Virus record (IMG/VR): IMGVR_UViG_2936514734_000001
Coordinates: 64,001 to 128,000 of that record
Length of the DNA stretch: 64,000 nucleotides
Direction: 5' to 3' (one strand)
Source: a virus
Taxonomy: Duplodnaviria; Caudoviricetes
Below the pieces are notes generated by a model. It was not told the origin of the DNA and ran no database searches. It saw only the letters and a program-made list of their open reading frames with translations. Below, one piece after another: positions 38,263-49,789 of the stretch. Every line of letters begins with the position of its first letter. The stretch's first letter is position 1. The position numbers and the translations under genes were made by a program.

Positions 38263-39381
38263 TTAGGTACTTTTGTAGAACTTACAATCATTTCTACACG
38301 TAGCCGGACAAGAAGCATACTGCTTAATCGTGTTACAACCATAAACATAGTGACCCTTAAAATTGGAGCGGAATAAAGTTTGTAGTTCTCTTTCAGGAAG
38401 ACTTCCATCATTCCAATCGATTAACATATCCCATGCTTCTTGTTCCGTATATCCCCTTTGTCTCCAAAAGGCTACTAACATACTAGCTACATGGTTTCTG
38501 GAACCTTTTGCTGGTCCAGTATCAATCATTTCTGCATAACAAGGCGGATCAAAATCAATCGTCTGTCCTTCAGAAGAATTGCTAAATACTTTTTTAAAAC
38601 GTTGAGCAAATTTATGTTCTGCTTCTTTGAAATACCGAGAAGCGTCTAAGATGACTCGCGGTTTATCATATTTAATCCATGAACCGTAGTTTGGATCTTT
38701 ACTTAATTGTTGAATATCCTTTTCAGTAAGAACTAATAAGTTTCTCAACTCCATAGGAACTTTATAAGAGCCTGTAGATGGATGTTGACTACCACGTAAG
38801 CGGAACAATCTACGTCTCTCATAAACTTTTAAATCCAATGTCTTATTAGGTGCAAAAGGAATTAATTCTTCCGCCATAATCTTGTACACCTTATCTAAGT
38901 GAGGGTGCCATTCAATACCAAAACATTGATAAGGTATCGTTACGTGGATTCCTTTCTTTCCACTAAAAAACACCTTAATCATGTTTGGCGGAATTCTGTA
39001 ATTCGGACTAATGGTTAAATGCTGAATAATACGTAACGCATCCTCTTGTGCATTCTTTATATTGTCTTCATCATCAAAGTCCAAATAGAAATCACCACGT
39101 AAATCAGCTGTATATGGATCCGTGGTACTGTACTGAAATGCTGTTGAATATAATCCCCATCCTGTATGTTTCGCAATATAATCCGCTACTGTCTTATGAA
39201 CATTTGTCCAGTTAACTTCCTTATATTCATTGCGAATAAAGATATTAGCACCGTCCTTATTCGGTTTATTTCTTCCGAATTCAATATAAAAAGGTCTTGG
39301 GTTTGCTAACGACTCCGGCATACTAGGAGTTTGTATCTGATCAATTACAGGATGGTTAGCTAATTGCCCTTGGAAGAACAC
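38263..39381 (-). CDS. Archaeo-eukaryotic primase with PriCT-like C-terminus
   Basis: LDFD, FSGKKGIH, D..VY…R.FRL, GSRN, Cys cluster. Confidence 0.85.
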   Translation of the reverse strand: MFFQGQLANHPVIDQIQTPSMPESLANPRPFYIEFGRNKPNKDGANIFIRNEYKEVNWTNVHKTVADYIAKHTGWGLYSTAFQYSTTDPYTADLRGDFYLDFDDEDNIKNAQEDALRIIQHLTISPNYRIPPNMIKVFFSGKKGIHVTIPYQCFGIEWHPHLDKVYKIMAEELIPFAPNKTLDLKVYERRRLFRLRGSQHPSTGSYKVPMELRNLLVLTEKDIQQLSKDPNYGSWIKYDKPRVILDASRYFKEAEHKFAQRFKKVFSNSSEGQTIDFDPPCYAEMIDTGPAKGSRNHVASMLVAFWRQRGYTEQEAWDMLIDWNDGSLPERELQTLFRSNFKGHYVYGCNTIKQYASCPATCRNDCKFYKST

Positions 39382-40078
39382 GGTCTAAACCCTCCTCATA
39401 ACATGTATTCTTTCTAGCTTCATAGACCGCTAAAGCTTCTTCTTCGAAATGCTGAATGTCTAATGGTGATTTAGGCATTGGTCTTCCGTTATCGAAAGAT
39501 ACAGCAAACGCTTCATCAATTAAGTACAGGATGAAATCTACATCCCAAAATCTCAGCATATGTTCAAAAGCTCCAATATCACGATTCAATGTAGCTGGTT
39601 GTGGCACAGCATTCATTTTGGAATAAAAGTACTCAACCAAATCTTTTTTCGTGATTTTATCAATGATCTCCAAAAAGAATGGTTCATCTTCATAAGAAGC
39701 ATTTATTGTTCCATCATCATTAATTTGCAACATAGGAGGTGGCGGAGTTACCTGCAACCTTGGATGGAAATAAAATTGCCCTAACACTAAAAGATTGTCA
39801 GGATCACTGTAAGGCTTTCTTATGAATTTAATTTTGTGACTCTCTAAAATGTTGCACGGTTTATAAAAAAGAGCTTTTTGAGGATTGTCTTTTTCCTTCT
39901 CAAATAAATCATTGAGCTGAGCAGCAGTTACAGATTGACCGGCTAGGATTTCTCCGATGTCATTGATAACTTCTTTTTTATAGTTGGGATCACAGTCAAT
40001 CTTTCCATGAGAGCCATATTCAAATTCCTTAATCTCATGTAAAAACTTAGAAGATAAAACAATCATGTGATTATTCAA
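39356..40078 (-). CDS. Hypothetical protein of the replication operon
   Basis: Overlaps the primase start; TTG start after AAGGAGAG. Confidence 0.65.
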   Translation of the reverse strand: MNNHMIVLSSKFLHEIKEFEYGSHGKIDCDPNYKKEVINDIGEILAGQSVTAAQLNDLFEKEKDNPQKALFYKPCNILESHKIKFIRKPYSDPDNLLVLGQFYFHPRLQVTPPPPMLQINDDGTINASYEDEPFFLEIIDKITKKDLVEYFYSKMNAVPQPATLNRDIGAFEHMLRFWDVDFILYLIDEAFAVSFDNGRPMPKSPLDIQHFEEEALAVYEARKNTCYEEGLDRVLPRAIS

Positions 40079-40109
40079 CTCAGTCTCTCCTTTCGAACTC
40101 CATAAAGAG

Positions 40110-40127
40110 TGAGGGCGTTAGCCCTCA
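40110..40127. repeat. Recurrent GGGC-TAAC-GCCC hairpin (also 43952-43972, 62309-62326; inverted 44275-44290)
   Basis: Same core with covarying outer stems. Confidence 0.6.
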
Positions 40128-40217
40128 ATCCCTTATAAAAAAATTCCGTTTCTAATTAGCGTTTGTAACATAACCCTTTGTTTAAGAAAGTCAAGATATA
40201 AAAAAACAAGCGGGTGT

Positions 40218-40682
40218 TTAACCCACTTGCTTCTGTTTTTTAGCTATAGCTTTTGGATTGACATAATATTTATCCATATCCATCTTTTCCTTTACCACAA
40301 GACCTTTACTGTACTTTTCAGAAGGTAAAGTAATGGCATTCGTTAAAATTGCCTTATACATCTCTACTTCCTCTTTATCAGCATGTCGAAGTAAGAAAGC
40401 AAATGCCTCTTTCTCAAGTTTTGAACCTGCGAACTTATCAATCGCTTCTACAAAGTCAAGAAAGTGACCTAGGCGAATACGTCCTTCATTCTTAGCTACA
40501 GCTTCTTTTAATGCAACGTCTGCTAAATGAATAGCTTCATCTTTTAATAGTTCTAACAATTTATCAGCAACTTCATTGTCTTTAATGTCATCTAATAGGG
40601 TTTGCTTAGCTTTACTTGTTGAAGCCTTTGCTAGTTCTTTAAAAAGACTAATTGCATCATTTATCTGTTTTATATAATCCAT
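40218..40682 (-). CDS. Stand-alone protein resembling the N-terminal DNA-binding domain of phage ATP-dependent DNA ligase
   Basis: ELAKASTSKAKQTLL…KDNE resembles the T4 ligase N-terminus; ends soon after the motif-I-like VVKEKMD. Confidence 0.5.
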   Translation of the reverse strand: MDYIKQINDAISLFKELAKASTSKAKQTLLDDIKDNEVADKLLELLKDEAIHLADVALKEAVAKNEGRIRLGHFLDFVEAIDKFAGSKLEKEAFAFLLRHADKEEVEMYKAILTNAITLPSEKYSKGLVVKEKMDMDKYYVNPKAIAKKQKQVG

Positions 40683-40828
40683 CTTTACACCACCTTTCAG
40701 CGTTAATTCATTAGAACCTTTTCATCTATAGGAAATCAATATCTAGCAGTTAGGAATTGGCAAAACAACTGTTTGACATATCCATCTTCTAAAGGTTTTT
40801 TTTAACATGTTAGAGAGGTGACAACAAG

Positions 40829-41500
40829 ATGAACAACCGAAAAAGAAGAAGATATGAACTCGCGGAAAAATGGGTTGAATGCCTTAATTGTTCCCAAGAA
40901 TATGTGATTGAAAATGTAATTGACGAGCGAGATACAAAAGGTTGCCCTGTATGTGGTTCCCATGCTTATGAGGATCCAATAACGAATTTTACGATTGGGG
41001 CGAATAGTTATGATCGAATATATTGAGAACGAGCAGCCAGAACAAAAACCGGTCAATGTATTCATTGGAGTCGAAGAATGGGCTAATTACTCATTCGAAA
41101 ACAAAGTCCGTCTCCTATATCGTTTACGTGGCTCTAAGAATGTGCTCGCAAAAGAGTTAGAAAAATCTATCTCACTATTAGTTGAAGAAGAACATAGAGA
41201 AAGACAAATCGATTACGAAGCAACTATAAGAAAAGCCGAAGAGGACGTGGATTAATGGCAGGAATAAAAAATATCTACCAACAGTATGGAGCAACTCCAT
41301 TTAGTCCAGTACAAGGTGATAATATCTTCGACAGACATATGCAGTTTCAACTCCAAGAATATACTCCCTATTGCCAATTCTGCGGAAGAGAAATTATTAG
41401 CTCTTCAAAAGACGAGCATGGACACAATGTAGACCCTGAATGGGAAAGACTTAATCGTGCTCATTATCGTTGCTACGCAATGCGATCAAGAGGCTACTAA
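40829..41500 (+). other. Three small CDSs (Zn-finger 40829-41026; ~41010-41255; Zn-finger 41255-41500)
   Basis: CxxC motifs, SDs, translational coupling. Confidence 0.65.
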
Positions 41501-41513
41501 GGAGTAAAATAAC

Positions 41514-42317
41514 ATGACAAAAATAGAAATAAGTATGGATGATGTTTATACGTTCATGCAATGCCCGCTCAAATATCAGCTCACTAAAATTCATGAGATT
41601 CCATCTGAAGATGATTATAAGAGTGCAGTGCTGTATTCAAAGGGTATTCACCAAACCATATCGTACTTCTACTATGAAGTAATGCAAGGAAGACTCCCCA
41701 CTCTAAGACAAATGCGTGATAAATGGGCTCACTACTATTACTCCATTTTTGAAGACGATAAACGAACAAAAGACAACTTCTTACTTGCTCGTACAGGTAC
41801 AGATCACCAACGAACGTCACAAATTTTAAACCGGGGCATGGAAGCTATCTATGCATTCTATGCTGAAAACAAGGACAACCCCGGTACCCCTATCGCCGTC
41901 AATTACCCATTCCGTATTGCAGTTCAAGACGACCTAATACTTACAGGTGAGTTTGAACTAATTCGCGAGTACACTGATTCAAATAATCAGCGAAAAATAG
42001 AAATCGTTGATTTTAAAACCAGTAACAATAAAACAGATGCATCATCTGGATTTTTCCTTCGTCACGATCTCCGTGCCACCGCTATGTTTTATGCCTTTCA
42101 AGAATTTTTCAATTCTACACCTGACCGATTTGTTTTTGACTACATCGGAACCGACAAAAGATTGTCTTTGTATAGAGACGAAAACGAAATTAAACGATTA
42201 AAAAGCGTATTAAAAGGAGTAAGTAACGGAATAAAGCAGGAGGATTTTTATCCAAGACAAAGTTTCATGTGCAAAAATTGCTCGATGATGAACTACTGCG
42301 ACAGATTACAATTTTAG
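41514..42317 (+). CDS. PD-(D/E)XK Cas4/AddB-like nuclease
   Basis: CP…, IVDFKT, CKNCSMMNYC. Confidence 0.85.
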   Translation: MTKIEISMDDVYTFMQCPLKYQLTKIHEIPSEDDYKSAVLYSKGIHQTISYFYYEVMQGRLPTLRQMRDKWAHYYYSIFEDDKRTKDNFLLARTGTDHQRTSQILNRGMEAIYAFYAENKDNPGTPIAVNYPFRIAVQDDLILTGEFELIREYTDSNNQRKIEIVDFKTSNNKTDASSGFFLRHDLRATAMFYAFQEFFNSTPDRFVFDYIGTDKRLSLYRDENEIKRLKSVLKGVSNGIKQEDFYPRQSFMCKNCSMMNYCDRLQF

Positions 42318-42340
42318 CTCCAGAAGGAGGTAGTCGCTGT

Positions 42341-42775
42341 ATGACTCCAGAAGATTTAAACAGTGCTCACAAAATAATTAATGGAATAACTGAAGGAGAT
42401 AAACCCTTCATGACACTCTTCTGTATCATCATGCTCTTTGTCATCTTCATGTCCGTTAAAGTAATGGCTTATGTACGTAGCGTTAGTGATAGCCACAAAG
42501 ACCAAATGACAGCCATGACTGAACATATGAAAGAACAAAGAGAAGATCATTATAGAATGGTAGCGGAAGATCGCTTACGTTCAGATAATCGTGAACGGGA
42601 ATTGTTCACTAACCTAGAAAAAAATACAGAACAACTCGAAGGCATTGCTACTACTCTAAAAGAAGTACAGTTTAACTTCACAAGTCTTGAAAATAAAGTT
42701 ACTCAAAACTTTAATTATCTTGAACGTGAAATTGAGAATGTCAAAGAGACCATTACAAAGAAAGACCGTGGCTAA
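42341..42775 (+). CDS. BhlA/UviB-like single-TM coiled-coil (holin-like) protein
   Basis: F..LF TM helix then RE..L…L motif; SD AGGAGGT. Confidence 0.5.
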   Translation: MTPEDLNSAHKIINGITEGDKPFMTLFCIIMLFVIFMSVKVMAYVRSVSDSHKDQMTAMTEHMKEQREDHYRMVAEDRLRSDNRERELFTNLEKNTEQLEGIATTLKEVQFNFTSLENKVTQNFNYLEREIENVKETITKKDRG

Positions 42776-42796
42776 TCCATGGTCTTTTTCTTATGC

Positions 42797-43633
42797 TTAA
42801 ATTTCAAAAGTTTTTATGCCAAATGATTTATATTCATCAATCTTACCCTCTGGTATTACATTTCTTTGAGGATAATTAGAATAGTCTTGAGCATATCCTA
42901 TTGCATTCATATGAAAGTTTACTCCATCTTTACTGAATTCTCTTTGCATATGATCATGGCCGCAAATCCAATGTTTTGCATTCATGAATGGAAGTGTAGT
43001 CATATAACACCCATTAGGCTCAAAAGGTGAAAAAGGATTGTGTATTGGTGGAACATGAGATACAAACACATCGATTTCTACATCTTCTATTGTGTCGTAC
43101 CAATCCATAGAATCCTTATATAGCTTTCTAGGTATATCATTTGCAGTATGCCCATTTATTTTAATGTACTCAGAATCATTAGATACTCCTCTATAAAAAT
43201 CCCAGTCCTTTTGTGTTTTAGGAAGATACCACATAGCATCTCCGGCGAACACTTTTCCTTTGAATGTATCAACATTCTTAATTAAAGGAATTACGTTAGG
43301 AATTTCAGAAGCTCTTGTAACAAGGTCATTTAATCGTCCTAGAGAATCTATATATTTCTTTCGTTGATTCTTAGAGATTAGGTACAAATCATGATTACCG
43401 AATGTAAAATAAACTCTCTCATATGACTTGGCCGCTTCATCTAATATCCATAAAGCTTGATTGTTCCATTCACTAAAATCACCAGGAAGGACCAATACCT
43501 CTCCATGTCCATTTTCTATTAATCTATTAGTTAATTGTCTTGTTCTGTATTCCCATTTCATCTGATTATTTGTCCAGGTCATCCAGTGATTAGCATGTAA
43601 ATCAGATGCATAATCTATCTTCATATATGTCAT
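42797..43633 (-). CDS. Calcineurin-like metallophosphoesterase
   Basis: SDLH, GD, GNHD, SH, GHDH. Confidence 0.9.
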   Translation of the reverse strand: MTYMKIDYASDLHANHWMTWTNNQMKWEYRTRQLTNRLIENGHGEVLVLPGDFSEWNNQALWILDEAAKSYERVYFTFGNHDLYLISKNQRKKYIDSLGRLNDLVTRASEIPNVIPLIKNVDTFKGKVFAGDAMWYLPKTQKDWDFYRGVSNDSEYIKINGHTANDIPRKLYKDSMDWYDTIEDVEIDVFVSHVPPIHNPFSPFEPNGCYMTTLPFMNAKHWICGHDHMQREFSKDGVNFHMNAIGYAQDYSNYPQRNVIPEGKIDEYKSFGIKTFEI

Positions 43634-43638
43634 TCCTT

Positions 43639-46600
43639 TTATTCTTCTAATCTATCAACAATAATTCTACACTTCTGTCTACGATACATATGGTTAGAAT
43701 CTTCTTCAGTGTAAAATGATATATCTCTTACAATGTAACTAGTCAGAACACCCTTGTCCTTAAACCCTCTTTGGTTAAATGTCATGTATTCAATTGTGGA
43801 ACCAACTGGTGGTAACACATAAAGAGGATTATTCCAGCCTCCATAGTAACTTTTGGTTGCATCACTGTGATTATTGATGATTTCTCCATCACAAATAATT
43901 TCCATCTTCATTTGTCCTAACCCCATATTAACCCTCCTTAAAATCAAAAAAGGTAGGGGCGTTAGCCCCACCCTCTCTCTTATTCAATCCAACTATCTAG
44001 AATATAAACAACGCCGTTTTTTGCATCAAAAGTGATATGTCCTGCGTAGCCCATAGGTTCGTCCATATCCTTAAATATGTCTGCTAAATCCTGAAGACTA
44101 TCGATTTCTACATCTTTTAAGATAAACCACTTTTTATTTTCATAGCTCATTTCCGCTAAATGACTATCCATATTGGCAATCTTGCCTCTGAGGTACTCCA
44201 TGTACGGCTCAAGCTCTCCTGCAAGCGAACGAATTTCTATTTTCATTTTTACCCCCTAACAATTCACAAGCAGAGGAGGCTAACGCCTCCACCCGTTTTC
44301 TTTGTTCTCTACGCTTCTTACGCCACATTGGTTTCCTTCCCCAACTATGACTGCTAGGTTTTCTTCCTTTTTCCCAGTACCAATCTCTAATATAAGGATT
44401 GTTTTTCTTGGGTTTAAAAGGAATAGGGTATACATCCCAAACCTTTGGCTGCTTAAGTTCATATTTCATGCACTCTTTAAAGGGAAGGTTATCGTAGTTT
44501 GTCACCATGTTAACCACCCGTATGTGTGATACTCTTTCTTTGGTGGATGATGAGCATCATCTTTAACCAGTCTGTATTTTGCACGAATGTGACGTTTCCA
44601 CTTCTTCTTGTTACTGTATGATTCTGTATAGCCACCGTACTTCATTGTGAAGTATTTACGTGCTTTAAATAAACGTTCTTTCTTTGGATCGAACAAGCGG
44701 GTGTTTTTAGCTGCACAATAACGACTGCTCACCTTTTCTACTTGTTCTTGTTCCCATAATTCGATTTCTTTTTGATTAAACAATACTATCCCTGAAAACT
44801 TGAGTAATATTTACGCTCGTCTTATTGGCGTAGGCTCATAGTTTTCAGAGTGTAGTAATTCCGATGGTTCCATATATCCAAAATACATACTATCTACCTC
44901 ACTTTTTTAATAAATTATCTAAAGCTTCTATTCTTGTATCCTTACATTCCTTAATTAATACAGGGATTAACTGCATTGCAAAATCAGCCATATCTTTTTT
45001 ATCCCCTTTGTCAACTTTACTGTTGAATTCGGCTTCGACTTTTTCTAAGTCTAATGCGTAGTTACTCACTTTTTTCCCACCCATCTTTTTGCTTAGCTCC
45101 ACCTTTAACTGCTTTATCTGCACATTTATTACAGATTAAAAGATTCTTCTTCTTAACAACAAATGCTAAGAAAGTATCATCTTCTTCCTTAAAATCTGTT
45201 TTACAAAGTTCACAGCTAGTAATATCTTTTCTTGTTCTAAAGAATGTTTTAAACTTCATAAAATTAAACATCACAGTAGTTATTTCAAAATCCTCAGTAT
45301 AATGCTGTGTGAATTTATAACTCATAAACTTCCCACCTTATAAACAAATAACTTGATTACTTTGAATCGTTATTATTTCCTGGTCAATAACACTACCTTT
45401 ATGTTTTAGCTTGTTATAGATACGTCTAGATCGCTCATTAAGAGTTTCATTCATTCCAATACTAAATTTACAGTAAGGAAGGTTTTGCTTGTCACATGCA
45501 ACGAACATTATGTTAGTACCTTTCTTATTACGTTTTACTAACATAGAAGCACAAGTTGGACAAGGAACTTTATTGAAAGCTAGTTCCTCGCCTGTCATGG
45601 TGTAATGATTCATTTTTATATGACTAAGATATTTAACCGCTTGAATATTCATTTACTAGCACTCCTTACCTAGTAATTTAAATAATTCACCAACTGATAA
45701 TTCTTTTACTGGTACACTAGATAAAGGTAGTTCTCTTTTATTAGTAATCTTTGAATAACTGTTATCAACTTCATAATCAGGATCTTTTAAATTTAATGAT
45801 TCTTCTAGCTTTGAATCACTTTCAGATAACACAATTGCTGTTGTGGATCTACCTGGCGTACGATAAAATACTCGAAATGCTCTCATATTATTTCTCCTCA
45901 CTTTTAATCAATCAAAAATATCAAAGTCGAAGTCGAAGCTTCCTCCTCCACCTCCACCAAATCGTGCGATTAGATAAAGAGTAGTAATAATAAATGCAAC
46001 TAACCATCCCCAATGATACTCAACAAACATCATGATGATGGAAATAACCCATAAAACAAAACAAAGAAACGAAAACACAGTCAACCCTCCTTTAAATTCT
46101 TTTCTTCTAATAACCTACTGAAATAATTCTTATGCTCTATCAATTTTTGTTCATAGGATTTTTTTCTCTCAGCACTTTCACCGTATAAATTCATAACACG
46201 AATAATGTTCTCCAATTGATTAATTTGAATTTCTTGTTCGGCTATTTTTTTGTTTATATTCACTTACTCCCACCAGAACCTTTCAGTTAGCCTTTTAAAG
46301 CCTTCATTGATGGAATCAGTAACATATTCTTCTTGAAATTGTTTAATAACTGTCCGCTTAGCATGGTCGTAAGACATACACCAGTCTTCTTCAAATATTT
46401 CATCTACTAACCTTGTATTTCTATATATAATCTCTTTTTCAACTTCTTCATCAGTGCCTTTGTATCCATAATTCATTTCTAACCACTGCTCAAAAGTTAA
46501 TGCCTTAGACAACTTTAGAACTGTCACTTTAATCTCTCCTTTACGATAAAGGTTCTATTGATTCAAAATCCTTAACCTTAACATAGATAATAGTTTCTTT

Positions 46601-47270
46601 CGGAGACTTATAATAATAGGACACGTCAGATACTGTTCCTTGGTATGTCCAATTACTTGGCTCATCATGAATCACTTTTTCATTGATGCGAGGAACCGTT
46701 ACTGGACCGCATACAATTTCTTGAGACATATAATTCTGACCGTTTTGTTCATTAATGAATTTAATTTGAAATAGCAACTTTCTCTTCTCCTTACTTATAT
46801 AATTTTTTGATTTTCAAATATAAGAGCATGTAATTTTTGTAGGCGTTCATTTTCCTCACGCAATTCCTTATTTTCTTTTAACAACTGTTCATGGCTTTTA
46901 TATACATGTTTAAAATCATCTTCTAATAACTGATACTTTAATGGTGTTTCCATAATCATTTCTCCTTTTTAATGTTCATTTGGGGAAAGGTTACATGGAC
47001 GATTTCAAAATCACTATCATAAGAAACATTTACAACCGTTCCTTTTTGTAAAGCTTCATATAGACCTTCATCATTAGAAGACAATTTCACTTTCTGGTCA
47101 TCCTTTTTAAATACAATGCTGTATTCATCCCAACAACCTTTCATACAGTGTTCTATTTTCTTTTTGTCTTCCACTACAACATTCTTGAAGGTGCCACTTA
47201 CTTTAGGTGGTTCACTTGAACAAGCGGTTAATAATGATAAAGATAAAAATAAAGTTATAAATTTTTTCAT
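43639..47270 (-). other. Run of about 13 small phage-type hypothetical CDSs, including Zn-ribbon 45062-45325 and 45338-45652 and lipoprotein 46956-47270
   Basis: Tightly packed - strand ORFs with SDs; lipobox LTAC. Confidence 0.6.
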
Positions 47271-47365
47271 ATTATTTTCCTCACGATTTCTATTCTTAAT
47301 AAGCTAATTCTCTCTAAATAACAAATAGAAGTGACAAGTTAACTTAGCCACTTCTATCTCTTTTG

Positions 47366-47992
47366 TCAAATGGAATTTGCTCTTCTAAGAATAGGTTTTA
47401 ATTCTTTCATACGTAATCGGTTTGCACCTGCAGCGGTAATGTATACCTCTGTTTCAACACGAATAGCACCTTTAATAGGATCTACATAAATCCGTGCCGG
47501 TTTCTCTTCATAAAAACCTTTAGATACAGAAGTTAAATATGGTTTGTAATCTTTCTTTAAAACCTTTTTCTCATGAAGCATTTGAAGTAATGAATCAACA
47601 GGGTTGTCCTTCATATATTCTTCTAATCCATTTTCATAAACATGAACAAAGTCATGTAGAAATTGACGTAAAGTTGTACGGTTGTTCTTATAAATACAAC
47701 GAATAAAACGATTAGAGTTTTGTCCTGTTTGCAAAAGAACAACATCTTTCTCTAATTTTGTTTTCATCAAATTCTCTACTTGTTCAATAAGTAGTTCTCT
47801 TTCTTTTCCTTTTAGTTCAATTTCTTCATTTTTAATATTGAGAAGTTTTGTTTTCTCTTCTTTTTGAACTCTTTGAGTTTCCATTTCCAATGCCTGTTCC
47901 GCTATTAGACGTCTTTGTTCTTTTAAGAAATCCTGTGCCATTAATAAGTTTGTTTTCACATTAGATGTTGATTTAATTAGACTTTTCCCCAT
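47366..47992 (-). CDS. Coiled-coil plus KilA-C-like antirepressor-related protein
   Basis: L…L.EKKVL…PY…GFYE…YITAAG. Confidence 0.55.
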   Translation of the reverse strand: MGKSLIKSTSNVKTNLLMAQDFLKEQRRLIAEQALEMETQRVQKEEKTKLLNIKNEEIELKGKERELLIEQVENLMKTKLEKDVVLLQTGQNSNRFIRCIYKNNRTTLRQFLHDFVHVYENGLEEYMKDNPVDSLLQMLHEKKVLKKDYKPYLTSVSKGFYEEKPARIYVDPIKGAIRVETEVYITAAGANRLRMKELKPILRRANSI

Positions 47993-48051
47993 ACTATTTC
48001 GCTCCTTTGTAAAATAAAAAAAGACAGAGGATTATCCTCTGTCTCATGTGT

Positions 48052-48867
48052 TTAAAGATTAAAATGTTTATCAAGTTCACCACATAAGTAATCAAAACCC
48101 TTTTTAGTGATAAAAACTTGATTCTTTAATACCTTTAAAATATTTCTTTTTACAAGTTGTTTATGCGGCATATTTCTTGTGTTCCCTTCAGAACCAAGCA
48201 TACGCTTATTACGCATCCATTTGAACAAGCGGTTGCGCCCTAGATTATATCTTGGATGCATAATTCGAGCAAAATCATCTATAGTCATCAAAGCATCTTC
48301 TGCTAAAAACTCTTTATATTTCTTGGCATATGGTTGTAATTCTTTAATTGTATTGTCAATTGAAGAAATCTCTTCTTTAATTTGTTCAGTTTGCTCATTC
48401 AACATATCTACTTCTAAATTAAGTTGAGCAATTTCTGATTCTTGTTGAAATAATAATTCATCTAATTTATTTAATAAAACAGATGTTTGTTGTTGAATAG
48501 TTAGATTTTGTCCAAGCGTTACCCCAGTAGTTCTAAGTTCTTTCATGTGTGCCTTCACAGCTTTCTTACACTCTTTAGCAACAGGTTTACGAGATTGAAA
48601 TAAAACCTCATATACTCCCTGTTCTGTTAAAAGCCATGATTCTTGGGCACCGCTTGGGGTCGGAACAATTCTCCGAACCTTTTCATCTTCATCTACATTC
48701 TTTAACATCTTATTAATAGATGAAAGATCATATTGAATCCAAATAGCTACGTCTTTTGCAAGGAATAATGGATTTTCATATGTCCCATATATTGAAATGG
48801 TGTGCCCCTCAAAGAGAACTTCTGAGATTGGAACTAAAATTTCTACATTCATTACTTCATTTGTCAT
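48052..48867 (-). CDS. BRO-N/KilA-C phage antirepressor
   Basis: PLFLAKDVA, LTEQGVYEVLFQSRKP, GRNRLFKWMR, ITKKG. Confidence 0.9.
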   Translation of the reverse strand: MTNEVMNVEILVPISEVLFEGHTISIYGTYENPLFLAKDVAIWIQYDLSSINKMLKNVDEDEKVRRIVPTPSGAQESWLLTEQGVYEVLFQSRKPVAKECKKAVKAHMKELRTTGVTLGQNLTIQQQTSVLLNKLDELLFQQESEIAQLNLEVDMLNEQTEQIKEEISSIDNTIKELQPYAKKYKEFLAEDALMTIDDFARIMHPRYNLGRNRLFKWMRNKRMLGSEGNTRNMPHKQLVKRNILKVLKNQVFITKKGFDYLCGELDKHFNL

Positions 48868-48883
48868 GTACAATCCTCCAAAT

Positions 48884-49077
48884 TAAAAAGAGACAACCGC
48901 GCTGTATATCTCTTCCTAAGAATCTAATTGGTCTAGGATAGAATACATATTAAGGAGAGTTTCTTTCCCTCTCCAAAAGACAAATAAAGATATAATATCA
49001 ATATTAAGTTGAATATTATTATGAATATCTAGAAGAACTACTTCTTGAAAAGAATAATCAAGAATACTCTCCTTAAT
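48884..49077 (-). promoter_or_regulatory. Structured leader with terminator upstream of the antirepressor
   Basis: 17-bp stem at 48949-65/49060-77, alternative GGAGAG/CTCTCC pairing, terminator at 48884-48911. Confidence 0.45.
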
Positions 49078-49469
49078 TAGTTTCCCCTACTTTCTAAAAA
49101 ATTATCATCACCCGGTGCAAACCTAGCTTCTAATAATATGTCGTTGATAATATTACCAACATTAAAATTCTCTTCCTCTAAATCTAAGTAGATGGGTCTA
49201 GCACCTAATTCTCTTTTAATATAAAGTTCATCCATATCTTCTACATTCTCATTGTCTAAAATATCTGGCCTATCTCTTTTAGGCTCAATTATTGCTATAC
49301 CAATGGTGGGGAAATATAGAAGAACCTCTGTGGAACCTATTTTTATATTCTCTTCATACATAAGATGAAAAAATGAGTTCCTAACAATCTCCAAAACCTC
49401 AGACTTGTTAATACAAAACACCTCCAAAAAACCATTAAACCTCAATTTATTTATACCACATAATAACAA
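49077..49469 (-). CDS. Hypothetical protein, possibly a degenerate Vsr/PD-(D/E)XK fold
   Basis: LLYFPTIGIAIIE…FNVGNIINDIL; start uncertain. Confidence 0.5.
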   Translation of the reverse strand: MLLCGINKLRFNGFLEVFCINKSEVLEIVRNSFFHLMYEENIKIGSTEVLLYFPTIGIAIIEPKRDRPDILDNENVEDMDELYIKRELGARPIYLDLEEENFNVGNIINDILLEARFAPGDDNFLESRGN

Positions 49470-49636
49470 AATCTAAAAGGTAATATGGCATAGTAACAGA
49501 AGATTTTCAGATTAATTTTATAGTAATTAAGGACTAGAAAACTAACCCATCTTTAAATATTTGAGCTTATTCTTTACAAGTAAATCCTTAATGGTTCAAA
49601 TACTTAAAGACAAGTTAGTTAAGAGGAGGAAATAAT

Positions 49637-49789
49637 ATGTTGAAGATTGTAGATAAGAATGGAAAAGTTGTAATGGAAATGCAAGATAGCGGTGCATTAA
49701 CATTCCATGATGCAAAGATTGAAAAATCTTTCAAAGAAAATCCTTTAAAAGAATCTAAAAGTTCTAAGGAGGAACCACAACATGACTAA
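49637..49789 (+). CDS. 50-aa hypothetical protein absent from the track
   Basis: SD GAGGAGG; overlaps the next gene. Confidence 0.65.
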   Translation: MLKIVDKNGKVVMEMQDSGALTFHDAKIEKSFKENPLKESKSSKEEPQHD

